Shown here in pieces: positions 50,543-63,269 of a stretch of DNA of 64,000 bases (positions are counted from its first letter, which is position 1; the number at the start of each line of letters is the position of its first letter). Source of the DNA: Paraphysomonas bandaiensis (Eukaryota > Protista > Chrysophyceae); assembly GCA_965644295.1 (NCBI GenBank), contig CBFFRP010000371.1, positions 186,001-250,000 on the forward strand. Reading direction: 5' to 3'. The notes below the pieces were generated by a model. That model searched no databases, had not been told where the DNA came from, and saw only the letters and a list, made by a program, of their open reading frames with translations. A program made the position numbers and the translations under genes.

Positions 50543-50907
50543 GTATATAGTATATAGGATACATTATTATATGTAATATGTACCAGTGCCAAGAAGGAAA
50601 ACAGTACATATATATACTAGAAGCTGTCCTTTACCAGTTAAGGTAGGCGCGGTGCTAATAAAAAGAAGTTGTGATACGTGTAAAGCTAGAAAGATAGATG
50701 ATATTCAGTAGACGATACTGCTAATTTATTACATTATTGCACAACTTCAAGGGGAAGTACTCAAGTATACTGCTGTAAAATCCAATCCCATGAAACTTTA
50801 ATTCATTTCCAACACATAATCTAAGGGCTAATAGGCAGTAAATACACTCTCTCAAACGGGATGCACTATTCCGGTACTGAGCGAAATGATAAGACATAAT
50901 TTCACCA

Positions 50908-51838
50908 CTAGTATCTGACCAGGGGTTCCACAGGCCAATTATTTTCAGATTCCAACTCAACATGATACGAGTCCGCAAACACCTCTACGTACTCCTATGA
51001 ATAGGGCTGATTAAAAAGTAAACGTCAAAATGGATATTAAAACAATACCTCAATTGAAAAAAAATGTTCTGAGCTTGAGAGAGCAAGAATCAAATTCTTT
51101 CCAGGGAGGTGATTTGAATACCTGAACATCATATTTCATAAATGTACCCAACAAATATTTCTCATGCCCACCTGTTGAGTTCAACTTCACCGGGCGCAAC
51201 ATTTTGGAGTCCTTTCCCAACCTCGAACAGACCCACAGCCATATCGTGCACAATATCCCCACTAGAGTCAGCAGTTACATCATCCACCTGAGAACGTCTT
51301 TCCTGTATTATGCACGAGTACCATTCTGGATAAAACCTGCATGGTCGATCTTCAATGTTATAAACTATTCTACCACTTTGTAGTCCATCCTTTTTGAACT
51401 GAGAATGCTCTGATAGGGAGCGAACGATATTCAACACAGACACACATGGACCTTCCAAAAGATGAATGATACCACTTCCCTAGCAATATACTATAATCAA
51501 TCTAACACATATAAGTTTCATATATATTACTTGTCCCATTAATATTCCCGTAATATTGCACCCCTCATTATTGACTTCATCCTCAACAATCTGTATACAG
51601 TTACACAATACAAGAGAATGATATCATTCTTCTACCTTTCTGTGGGTTGCTAGAGCCTAATAACATACATACACATCAAAAGAATATATATAAATATATA
51701 ATTCCATACATCACTCATATCAGCTTCAGATTTTATACTTCCACAGTATATAACAGTTGAAACACCACCATCTTCAGGTAATGCTTTCTTTCTTATTTCA
51801 GATAGATGGTCTAAGAGAGATGGTTCATCACTATGCAT
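50908..51838 (-). CDS. TEX47/C7orf62-like protein (BLUF-like fold), multi-exon
   Basis: NITGILMGQ|GSGIIHLLEGP, EDRPCRFYPEW, C-terminal VELESENNWPV; GT-AG introns. Confidence 0.65.
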
Positions 51839-52186
51839 TTTGTATATGAAATATTTATTTAACACCGTTACTACAAAGAGTTGAGGTGAGTTCTTTACAT
51901 TTGGATGTTATGGTAGTGGAAGATGTGTAGAGGTCTATATATAAGGCTTATATAGCTATATGTATATGTATATGTGTATGTGTATATGTATGTGTGTGTA
52001 TGTATGTATAGGGACGTTAAGGGTGACTTGCCGTTTCTCTTTTTTTTAATAGTATGTGAAGAGGCAGTTTACCCCAATTATGATTGGAATACACACACTG
52101 TATACTTCTGTAGGCATATAGATTGGAGCAGTGGATATATATGCATACAGCTGTGTACATCGTGTGTACATACAGCAGCAGCTGTG

Positions 52187-52338
52187 CGTATCGGCATCCT
52201 GTGTATATTTTTGTTCAAAGATGCCTCTAATATTGAGACAACAATTATCTGTATTCCAGCCCCATATATGTATGTAGGTAATATAGAATAATTTTGCTTC
52301 AATTGTTTTCCGAAAATATGATGCAGACTGCCGATACG
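52187..52338 (+). mobile_element. ~150-bp MITE-like repeat
   Basis: 10-bp TIR CGTATCGGCA/TGCCGATACG; possible GTG TSD. Confidence 0.65.
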
Positions 52339-53199
52339 GTGTGTCCTGTTAGATATAGATAGCTATACTCTGTCACAGTGATCTCACTCGTAATATACGA
52401 ACCCACAACAACAGATACATATGACTTGAATGTAATTATTGGGCTTCATCATGTATTTCACTTCCTATAGTATAGTATAGTATCGCCTAGTTTCATTATT
52501 TGCGTATATATATGTTAGAGGTTCATAATGACAACAGGACACACTCTTTGTTTCCACATCGATTCATATTGTAGCTATGTCTTTTGTTTGTAGTATTGAC
52601 ACTGTCAATACTATTTAGGTAACTACAGTTTTTTATTGGTAAGTGCCTTGTAATCAAGAATCCTGTAAACAAGCATAGTAGCTGTGTTGTGTGTTAGTAA
52701 GCATTAAGTTGAGATTTATCATGAGCAACCTTTGGCGACCAACATGATGAACATAAAACAAGCAAAATTCACAAAATATATTAATCCTCTGCTCAATCCA
52801 CTAATTTCCCATGTCTTTGATATGTATTATTTATATACTCCTTGTGGTGATTACATTTACCGTCATATGGCTATACATGCTAATAATTCAGCCTTTCAGT
52901 TAAAAAATCGATAGTGCTGAACTGTTAAATATATATCTCGCAGATAAGTATTGCATTGAACTAAATATGTTAACAATATGAAATTTCTGAGTTAAGGAGG
53001 AAATACTTTGGTATTTAGGTATTTTACCACAGAGTGTAACCCAATTCTACTGAATGATCATTTATCTGAAATATTCTTAAATAACTTAATCTGAGAAATA
53101 TATCTATACACAACTACTCGGAGGCGCCCACATCTGTATCTTCATTGAGAATCAATACAATAACTAAAGTACCACCGCTGAAATCATCATGCATGCTAT

Positions 53200-53483
53200 T
53201 GCCCCATATTGACAGCGTAACTAATTACTGCGTGAGGCCCTCTACTAGTGGGTGCGGTTGAGTGCTGCTGTGATTGCTCGCCTCTACCTATGTACACATT
53301 GCTTAGTTCAGCAGTTCCCCACTCCGGGTACTCACTGGATATTCAATACCGTGTTATAATGATGAAGCTAGTTGGGTTCAGTAGGTAGCTAGCAAATAAC
53401 ATATGGGACTTAAATCAAGTATTAGTTAGGTACCCACCCGGCCCCCATCCGAATCTACCTAAGTACGCGCTCAGAATGGGGCA
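53200..53483 (+). mobile_element. TGCCCCAT-MITE, complete copy
   Basis: Homologous to 36468-36753. Confidence 0.85.
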
Positions 53484-54350
53484 CCCCCCACCCGAGTTCC
53501 TAAATACAACTGCAGTACAGTATTCCCATGTGTGATCAACTTGGTCACGGTCCCACATAACTCATTTGACCAGCACCTTTTTCTTACCCTAAGTCGCCGT
53601 GGACCAGGTCGTGCATACATCATCATTGTTGGCTGGTCCACATACATGTTCATCATCATTGTCGCTCGTATGCTTGACGAAAAATTCCCCTTCTTCCGCT
53701 GTGTGTGTCTAAAATTCGTTAGGATTTTACACCAAAACTAGTGTGACACTATAATTCTACCAAATTGACTAGGCTAATAAATTTCCCCTCAAGTGAAATG
53801 TGATGACGTAACCCTACGTCAGCTCAGATAAATTAAGTTGGTAGTGAATATTTATAATCTCAATTTTTATAATAGAAATCAACATTTACTTATCTAATTC
53901 ACTTTTGTAACTGCTTTTATATCTATCTTTTTATTTCCTAATTGTGCAATCAATGTAGCTATATAATCATCAAAATATCCTAATTGTGAATATTTTTTGT
54001 ATATGTTATCATAATATGAATGTATGTCACCTATTCCCATTTTTTCAATAGAAATTGTTTTTAATTGAAATGAATTTGTTTTTGTATAATAACATATTCT
54101 ATTATATTTACCATTATTTTGGCTAAGTGAAACTCTTAGAAATGCAGCAATGGAAAATTGGCAATAGTTACATGTAGCAACATACTATAAAGCATAAGAA
54201 ATAGCAAAGCGAAAGATGTGGTGAGAGATATAGGAAATGAGTATATTTAAACTGAAAAAGTCTTCTGAATATGATCGTTGTGTAACGACTAAGAGATAAC
54301 TAATGTTGAAGACGAAAAGTACTGCACTTTCCAGATCAGTACGTTATCTC

Positions 54351-55559
54351 CTAGCTTGATAGTGACATCCCCTTAATAGATTCACTCAAATCACTTGCAA
54401 CCTTATGGTCAGCATCTTCCCCAGTAGTTGAATCCACCGCTCGAAAATCCACCGCTCGAAAATAATATTGAGTTTTAGCCTGGAGAAACAGCTCCCACAT
54501 CACTGAGCGGTCCGGATGGCAACCTGCGTGGACTTCAGATGAGCCTTTAATTCTTAAATTGCTGTTGATATCAAGGACAATTCCAGCTTTCATTTGAGCT
54601 GTTCTTAGAGCACATTCAAGAGGCGTTTCACCAAGTCTTCGTGAGCCTCCTGGAATCGCAATGTCAATTAAATCATCATAGTTGACGACAGTCAGGAGCA
54701 TATGGCTGGGGAAATCTACACGCAATAGTCGCGTGTCATGCAATGCGCCCATTAAGTGGTGATTCGTATCGATTTTACGACCAACTTTACCCTGCGCTTG
54801 TAAGAATGCCTTCACTTCTTCAAGCTCTGTGACATCGGTACAGTTCAACAACTCCTGAGTTTCCATGCAAATGAGATCCGTTGGAGTTACGCACATATCC
54901 CTTACAATAGTGTCCAGTATGTCTTTATCACCGAAGAAAAGTGCAGATGCGGTAGACATATCATGATAACTTGTTACACCATTCGAAATTCGTAAGTCCA
55001 CTTTGCCATCTCTGTACAAGCGAGATGATGACTTCAGTATATCGACTAGACGTTCCTCCTTCAGTAAAAATTGGATCTTTTGTTCAACAGTAGCGTCTTG
55101 TTTTCGTAGCGAAAGTCCATATAATAAACTCTGTCGAATACGGTCAGTGGCCGATTGCAACTCATTCTCTGCCGCAGGTGAAGCAAGATCGTTCACTGAT
55201 ATTTCTATATACTTCTTGCATCGAGGCGGTTTAAACTTCGTGGATCCATGATACTTTTTCTTATAGTCGCCAGTAATAACATACGACACCGCCGTTCCTG
55301 AAGCGTTCAGCTTAACATAAATAGTGGCGTGCACCTTCCCATCGCGAGATGGATTCACATGCCAGTCCGCAAAGCAGTCGTAGTCAGGTGAGGTAGATGT
55401 GGTAGATGGGAGGTGAACCCCAACTACACCGGGTGCATGTAATGCTTCATCACTCACTGGACACTTATGGTCTAGTTCAGAGTTGCAGATGGGACACGGG
55501 CCACCACTGGATGAACCCGCTCGTGTGTTTCTGTTTCGCGGACGAGATTGATCAGTCAT
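54351..55559 (-). CDS. Uncharacterised protein with N-terminal CxxC..H.C motif and a degenerate NUDIX box
   Basis: Long intronless ORF; IPGGSRRLGETPLECALRTAQMKAGI; start codon uncertain (55559 or 55673). Confidence 0.7.
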   Translation of the reverse strand: MTDQSRPRNRNTRAGSSSGGPCPICNSELDHKCPVSDEALHAPGVVGVHLPSTTSTSPDYDCFADWHVNPSRDGKVHATIYVKLNASGTAVSYVITGDYKKKYHGSTKFKPPRCKKYIEISVNDLASPAAENELQSATDRIRQSLLYGLSLRKQDATVEQKIQFLLKEERLVDILKSSSRLYRDGKVDLRISNGVTSYHDMSTASALFFGDKDILDTIVRDMCVTPTDLICMETQELLNCTDVTELEEVKAFLQAQGKVGRKIDTNHHLMGALHDTRLLRVDFPSHMLLTVVNYDDLIDIAIPGGSRRLGETPLECALRTAQMKAGIVLDINSNLRIKGSSEVHAGCHPDRSVMWELFLQAKTQYYFRAVDFRAVDSTTGEDADHKVASDLSESIKGMSLSS

Positions 55560-56979
55560 TTTACAGGTATTGAAGGATGAGGAGTTGTGTTGTTGTAGTT
55601 TGCTTCTTAAGTGTATGATTGTGTTCTTATCTGATGGACATCTACATGCACATTCATACATACATGTATCCACATACTGCCTGCTGGATATTCAGGCCCA
55701 CTGGCAGGAAAATTCCTCACAAAGGTCCACGTATAGCGGTATATCCGATATGTATACCAGGTATACCACCGTATGGTATCTTGAAAGGACGTCTAACCTG
55801 GCGAGTGAACTACAGTAAATACAGAAAGTACAGAACTGAATCTAAAATCTCCGGATTTGATGATATGTGTGTTCTATCATGTCTTAAAACCCTTGTTTTT
55901 CATGTAGTACTGTACTTTTTGTCCAGATGTTACAGCAATAATCGACGAAAAAACTCACAGAAAAACCTACCGAAAAAAACTATTGTACTGTAGATTTCGG
56001 CTCAAAATTCGTGAATTTGAGCACCCAAAAACCTCCTGATTCCACTCCACCTCACACCCATATCCAGATATATGCATGACCTCACATTGGAGTCTTGTTA
56101 ATATTAATGAAGCAATGAGCTAATATTGATGGGGAGCAAGACACAATAGCTGGAGACTTGTGGTTGCAAACAGATTTTTGGTGGGCAAGGTCTTTGACAC
56201 CCACACTTGTTCAGGACTGAGAGAACAATATGCACTCTTGGCTGCATAACCCAAAAGCCAGGAATGCAAGTTATCCACGGCGAGAGTAATATTGTTGGAT
56301 AGGCGCTATAGAATATCATTGAAGGGCACTGTGAGTTGTGTGTTGTTGAGTGTAAGACCAACCCCAGTGTGAGCACAACTCTCCGAATGCCCAGACCAAT
56401 CCGACTCCAGTCGAACGCACTGGCCACTTAGCCCAACCTAGGGAAAGGAAGGTCAGAAAAGTTTTGTGTGCCTCTAGCTATCCCAAACCTTGTACTCATT
56501 AGGCTTGAACAATACTATAGAATTATCTTAGCTCTGTGTCAAGACACTTGTCAGTCTAACTAGATCGTGCAGAGTATGTCGTTCACTGCAATCCAGGTAG
56601 TAGCATAGTGGTATATGGATGTAGAGGTAATAATGACAATGTTAATGTACAGCATAGTATGTAGTACATGTATAATATATATACATATCTGTGTGTGTGG
56701 CAGAGCTCGCGGTATCATATATCATATAAGATCCTAATGTCGCACAATCATACTACTGCACATTATACTATGTACGTTGATATGTACCTGTATGTATCTA
56801 GCAGTACCATATAAAATCCTAATTGCACTATTCGACTATTCAATTACAAATTGATATAACTAACAGTCCATTGTGACCAAACTTGGTCAACACATCAACC
56901 ACTACCACCGCGGACCGTGGATATCATGATATCCGAAACTGATACGATAGCATTACTGTATTTTCCTCATAGTCATGTT

Positions 56980-57112
56980 ATTCAGTAGATCTTGATTCAT
57001 AGAGAGTTGATACTCATCATAATTGTATCCATTCAAGCATAAGAATATACGAAATACGAATACACAAATAGAGAGCTCATAGCATAGAAAAACACTGTAG
57101 CTGGTTATTACT
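56980..57112 (+). repeat. Diverged homolog of Ginger-like internal sequence ~5066-5198
   Basis: AGTAGATCTTGATTCATA...ATAGAGAGCTCATAG...TAGCTGGTTA. Confidence 0.65.
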
Positions 57113-58641
57113 AAAACATATAATATCCTGTTTTCTTAGGAGCCAATTCTTTTGAATTGTATATCGAGCTATAGTAGTCATTAGTTTTACTCTTATATTT
57201 GCTGCGGTAGTGCTACAGGAATTAGAAGGATAATGAAAGAAGTAGTTATTGATTGTCGAAGAGCTCCGAGTTTTATAGCATGACAGAGTAACTACTATAT
57301 GGTGGAGTGATAAACACGATGTCATCACGTAAACTGTTATACATTATTCATGTGAACAATCCTGTTCAAGCACTTAAAGAGGAAAGGCCGAACCTCGTAC
57401 AGTTGGGAGTTTATACGTTTAAACAGTATTTTAAAAAGTACGACTTCAATTGCATCGATAATGCATGGATACACAACAGCGGACAAAACTATGAGGAAAA
57501 TAAGAGACCTATAGTCTCCGTGTTGACGATACTGTGGCTATACACTACGCCTCGGTTTCTCTTGTCTTTGAGTATTAACTGAAGTCATAGTGGCTTGGAA
57601 ATCTCTTGCAAATCTAATCAGGGTTAGAGGACTTCCTCGTTGATATTAATTCTCTGCGAACTGCTTTTTGATAGAGAAAGGGATCCAGTGAGCATATGTG
57701 AGTATGATATTAGATTTAATTTAAACTTTCCATGCAGACTTTGGGTGGTTGAGCTACCCACAAAAGAAGTTCAAGATGTTGTGACTTCTAGATAATGTAA
57801 TTCCAAGATTCGATAAGGCGCCATGGAGAAAACACTCTTCCCAAGTTTTTCTATCAGGTGACAATTTCTTACTGCTGTTCTTACTCCAAACAAACGCTAT
57901 CTTGAATGTAAAAGATATAGGAAGCTTTATCTAGAAAATCGTCCAGTATCTCACCAGGTTATGTCACAATAATCACAATCAGACTCAGTATTATCCCACA
58001 AGAGGGTTTCCAGGTATTCGCTATTACTATTCGTCATGGTTAGTGATGTTATAATCATATATAGATGGTTATAGTGGCTCTCTATGTGATTGGAATGAAA
58101 TCTTCAGGTCAAACTGTGAGGTCACTTTTCCCAACCCCACAGGAGTTGGGAAAATTGTGAGGTAGGTCAACAGGGAGGTCAAATTGGTAGGTTTTTTGTG
58201 AGTTTTTTTGTGAATTATGGCTGTTATCTGTGACTATGACTGTGCGTGTGTTGTTGGTGTTGCTTTATATTGTGTCTTATTCCAAGAGTGTGTTCATTTA
58301 GTGTAGGGGCTCCTTGGTACACCACTTATAACACCCAGATATAGTACTGATTCTATCACCCACCTACCCATGTACCAACGTAGCTGACCGCATAGATCAC
58401 GCGCAGATTCTGTTACTCCCATTAGTGTTCACCTTCGCTGAGATTACGCAGGATTTCTCATAACTATGTATGACTATGTATGTATGCACGACTTATGTGT
58501 GTAATTCGGTCAAATTCTAGTAGGACCATCATGCGTTCCTTCTCATTACGTAACAAAGACTACACGGAGCTTCTCGTGACCGTGCATGACTCATTATAAG
58601 CCTAGCGTGACATTGCCCCACCCTCCCTTAGAATAAGCGGG

Positions 58642-58915
58642 TGCCCCATATTGACAGCGTAACTATTTACTGCGTGAGACCCTCTAGTGCTGCTGCGATT
58701 GCTCGCCTCTACCTATGTACACATTGCTTAGTTCAGCAGTTCCCCACTCCGGGTTCTCATTGCATATTTAGCGCTGAATACCTTGTGATAATGATGTAGC
58801 TAGTTGGATTCAGTAGGTAGCTAGCAAATAACACATGGGACTTAAATCAAGTATTAGTTAGGTACCCACCCGGCCCCCTTTCGAATCTACCTAAGTACGT
58901 GCTCAGAATGGGGCA
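58642..58915 (+). mobile_element. TGCCCCAT-MITE, complete copy
   Basis: Homologous to 53200-53483. Confidence 0.85.
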
Positions 58916-58977
58916 ACTATGCTATAGATAATAGTCAGCAGTCAATCTAGTATAACCGATACTAAAACGTTCGGTAT

Positions 58978-59988
58978 TTATTTTTTTTTGTCGTGAAATA
59001 ACTCGGACATAGTTGCCACAGATCCCATAAGTGCGCTACTCTCATATGGCATCATTATCACCTTGTCATTCTTTCCCTTCGTTACCTCAGGAAGCATTTT
59101 CAAATAATTCATTGCAACTAAATACGAAGTAGGATCACCAGATGGTAGTGTACGCTTCAAAGCATCTATGTACTCTATCTCAGCATTCATGGAGATTAAC
59201 TTGGATTCCGCTTCCCCCTGTGCGCGTGCGATGAGAGTCATCTTTTCGCCTTCACCTTTCAGTATTGCTGCATCTTTTTCCCCCTGAGCTTGTAAGATAG
59301 CAGCATTTCTCTTTCCCTCCGCCTCGACAATTAGTGCTCTCTTCGTGCGTTCGGCTTTCATCTGTAGTTCCATGGCATCGCATACGTTCTTCGGAGGAGT
59401 AATTTCTTGAACCTCAACTGTGGTGACAAGAGCACCCCACCGACCAATAGACTCATTTACAGCAGTACAAATTGCACGATTGACATGTTCACGAGATGCC
59501 AAAGTTTCATCAAGCTCCAATGATCCAATCACATTTCTTAATGCCGTCTGTGCAAGTTTCTCTATCGTATTTGGCAGATTAGAAACACCATATACCGCAG
59601 CTTTCACATCATTAATTTGATAATACAACAGCGCATCAATTTCGATAGAAATATTATCTTTAGTGATAACTTTTTGTGCCGGAAAATCGTACAATGTTTC
59701 ACGAGTACTTATGCTGCGGATGTATTCAATCTTACGCTTCACATCACCATGAGAGTTTTCAACAGTAAATTGCCATAGAATACTCTTAGGACTATCAATG
59801 AATGGGACAATAAAGTGAATTCCAGGAGATAAAACCTTTAAAAATCCACCAAATCTCTCAATAATTACGGCTTCACCTTCACGGACTACTATGACAGATG
59901 CCTTATATATAATAAATGCTGTCAATGTCTTTATTATAAGGATAGCAGCGAAAGGGGTTGAGAGTAAAAGATCAATATATTCAATCAT
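58978..59988 (-). CDS. SPFH/Band-7 stomatin-like (QmcA/paraslipin-type) protein, intronless
   Basis: N-terminal TM; IIERFG..L.PGIHFIVPFID; VITKDN; LRNVIGSLELDETL; QMKAERTKRA. Confidence 0.95.
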   Translation of the reverse strand: MIEYIDLLLSTPFAAILIIKTLTAFIIYKASVIVVREGEAVIIERFGGFLKVLSPGIHFIVPFIDSPKSILWQFTVENSHGDVKRKIEYIRSISTRETLYDFPAQKVITKDNISIEIDALLYYQINDVKAAVYGVSNLPNTIEKLAQTALRNVIGSLELDETLASREHVNRAICTAVNESIGRWGALVTTVEVQEITPPKNVCDAMELQMKAERTKRALIVEAEGKRNAAILQAQGEKDAAILKGEGEKMTLIARAQGEAESKLISMNAEIEYIDALKRTLPSGDPTSYLVAMNYLKMLPEVTKGKNDKVIMMPYESSALMGSVATMSELFHDKKK

Positions 59989-60582
59989 TGTATTTAGAAT
60001 AAGTTCTTTGGGTTAGTAATTGATGTAATAATGAGGACTTGATATGGCTATATCTCATACTAGATATCTATATGTGGAAAATTCCAGTAATGATTACGAG
60101 GCAGCAGTATACAGTGACAAGTGGAACACTGAGGACACATCTATGTATGGGAAAAGTCGACCATGTGAGAAAATCCCCCTTTTTTTGCTCGTTGTTTGAG
60201 AATACTGTACAGAATACATGTACAGTACAGTACTGTGCACAAAGTACCATCAAAAAACACTATATATCACCTAAAAAACTGGAATTTTGTTTTGCCTGGT
60301 AGAAATTCCTATACGTACAGCATACAGCTGCTGAAAGATATCAACAGAAGAACAAAGTCAAGAAAAGTGTCCACTGACATTTCGAACGCGAATATACACG
60401 TATGTCTCTGCTATATATAGAGAGATCAGGCTGTATTTGACCTGGTATTAAGTACACAAATCTACGTATAGGTGTCCACTTTGTACAACTATATCCTCTA
60501 GAGACACTTTCATATATACATACATATATATATATATACTAATACAAATCTTCCTCATATATATATAATCACAACTATTCAC

Positions 60583-62412
60583 ATGAATTTCATTTTATCA
60601 GATTGTTGTACATGTTGTTTAACAGATGAACAATTAGCTCATAAAAAAGCACATAAATATCGATATCAATCTCATTCTAATAGAAATTTAGATACAATTA
60701 TACGTAGTTCCATACCTGTCTTTGTATCATCCGCTATATCAAGAGCTGCTGTAACAATAATAAATAATTTAGTAGGTGGGAATAATCTCAATATATCAGT
60801 ATTTATAGCATGTCTTATATATGCTAGTATTATATGTCATAGTATGGGAATATGTGTTGCATTATTATTATCTGATCATTTTGAATTATATCATTTTTAT
60901 CTACATATTGCAATTGATACAACATCATTTGCATGGAAAGAAGCATGTGCATTATTAATTGCTCATGAGATTATTAACAAGCATGGTATTGCACCTGCGA
61001 TTGGGGTGTGGTTTTGTATTCTGTTATTTGCGTCAATGGTGATATATATCATCCGTTTAATTAGCACAGAGTATCTGCATGTGACTCCTATACGTATGAA
61101 GTACCTTCAGACTTTCGAAAGTGAAACTTTTGCCCTAGCAATTGCCTACTCATTTACCCTTATTGTGGCCTACCTGGTATATTCCACTGATACTCTTTTT
61201 TACTTCTCCGGGGCAGACGATGACGCTGACAGCGGTACATCTTTTATGGATCTATGGGTATTTTTTATATATGCCATGCTGGTTACGATAGTAACAGCTA
61301 CTGTCCAAACTTATGAAAACCAAGTAACTGAAGGTATGCAATCTTTGTCCTCACAAAGCCAAGAGGGCCAACGGGATTTCATTGAGAAGTACAGTAAAGA
61401 AGAGAGACAGGAGAGGGAACCTGTTCCTCTCACTAGGGAGTGTAGTACCGAATCCTCGTCCTCACTAGTTGCTTTATTGTATTCTGACTCATATCACGAA
61501 GGTGATTCTAACCACTCTGGTGACGATGTAATCACAGTACCCCTCTCCACGACTGGCCCACCGCCAACAGCGACCACGACTTCTCATGTTCACGGTACCT
61601 GGGATGAGGCGTTCTTCAAGCTGTATAAAACAGTTCTTTGGTGGGACACAGACCTGCGGTACTTTTTTTCTATGGTAAATTTATTGAAAACTACACAAGG
61701 GTGTCTTGTGGGAAGTGCATGGGTTACATGGAGTATTCTCTCTCTTCAGGTAGGTAGTCCTTTTCTAACTCCTTAATTAACTTTGATATCTGCAGACTCT
61801 GTTTGTGTTTGAAGGAGCGGATCTAGTCAGTGCAGTGATCTTTGCCTTGCTAGTTACATACACAGTTTTGTTTGTTATAAACAATATGACAATGCGTCTG
61901 GAGACTCTATCATCAATGAGTGCTGAGAAGCAACACAGCGGCCTTATGGGTAGATATACTCTTGTTAGAATACAAAGGACTCAATTGCTCATATCATCGG
62001 CAAGGTTCTTATTACAAATTTAATATTCAATGCGCAGTACATGCACAATATATAATTGTTTATGCTAATTGTATTGTTCTGCTTAAATGTAATGAAGTTT
62101 TCATTTAGGCTGACGGTTGGTTGGGTTTGGGAGGAGGTTGTAGGGGTTGCTATTAACTTTATTGATTACGAAAGCGTCACTGTTGTGGGAGTAGAGTGGG
62201 TGAAGGCTGCAGTTAATTGTATTGTAGCACTTTTGTTCTTCATTGTCGGTTGCTATGTGCAGCAACGTTTGAATCGTAAGGACCCCACTTGTGCCGTTCA
62301 TGGAAATATACATACCTCAAAGTCATCTGATTGTACAAGAAACAAGAAGGACTCCAGTCGTGATTCACTAGATGACAGTATGAAAAGAGGCCTACTTAAT
62401 GACAGTGAATAG
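60583..62412 (+). CDS. Uncharacterised multi-pass membrane protein, about 3 exons
   Basis: Three hydrophobic ORFs separated by short GT-AG introns. Confidence 0.75.
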
Positions 62413-62638
62413 AAATTGTTCTGTATGTGTTGTTTGCAATATCTAAAGTTCATATATTGTATCGAGTTGTAAGTATCAGAAACGATAATAATACATACAG
62501 GTTGCAGTGGGTGGAAACCTGGCTGTGTTATACGTGTGACCAATGAATTAAAAAGTGATTAAATAAATAGCTAAATAGTATTGACGCTAGATCGTTGAAA
62601 AAAAGTTAATTCGTCAGACTAGAAAGATTATAAATTGA

Positions 62639-62802
62639 CCCTCAACAAAGTCGGACTCGCACCTTTCGTGGTCTTCTAGGGGATAAGTATCGGAGATATT
62701 TCAATGGAAAATAAACGTGAGCCGCATAATATATATAGTCAGAAGATATTGTTTTGTCTACTCTTAGCCAATATCAATGTGTGATACAAGGGACACTAAT
62801 AA
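62639..62802 (+). mobile_element. Degenerate ribozyme-headed retroposon 5' fragment
   Basis: CCCTCAACAAAGTCGGACTCGCACC...; P4 and J4/2 eroded. Confidence 0.8.
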
Positions 62803-62898
62803 GGAATAAGTGTCTGCCCCATCATTTCGAAGGCGTGGTGATAGTGTAGGCTGGCTGGTATATCCAAAATCAGGCTGTTCGGTTGGAGCGTTTGCAAT

Positions 62899-63246
62899 CT
62901 CAAGAGAGGCAAATGCAGCTAGATGTGAGAATATGATATTACAAGACACAAGTAGCAGGATTGGGCGCTCCCCCTTCCCCTAGAATTTGCGGGGTTTCTC
63001 GTAATCTTATATATATATAGGCTAGAATCATTAGGGCTCTTATTACCGCTTGCAGTTACTAATATGATTACTCAAGAGAGGCAAATGCAGCTATATATGT
63101 GAGAATATGATATTACAAGACACAAGTAGCAGGATTGGGCGCCCCTCCTTCCCCTAGAATTCGCGGGGTTTCTCGTAATCTTATATATATATAGGCTAGA
63201 ATCATTAGGGCTCTTATTACCGCTTGCAGTTTTACTAATATGATTC
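62899..63246. repeat. Tandem duplication, 2 x ~172 bp
   Basis: CTCAAGAGAGGCAAATGCAGCTA...ACTAATATGATT at 62899 and 63071. Confidence 0.9.
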
Positions 63247-63269
63247 CTGCTCCTCGACAGAATACCGAA

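Noticed and set aside
56104-58030. Possible decayed coding or TE fragments
   Set aside because: Multiple stops and no recognisable motif; cannot be assigned without a search.
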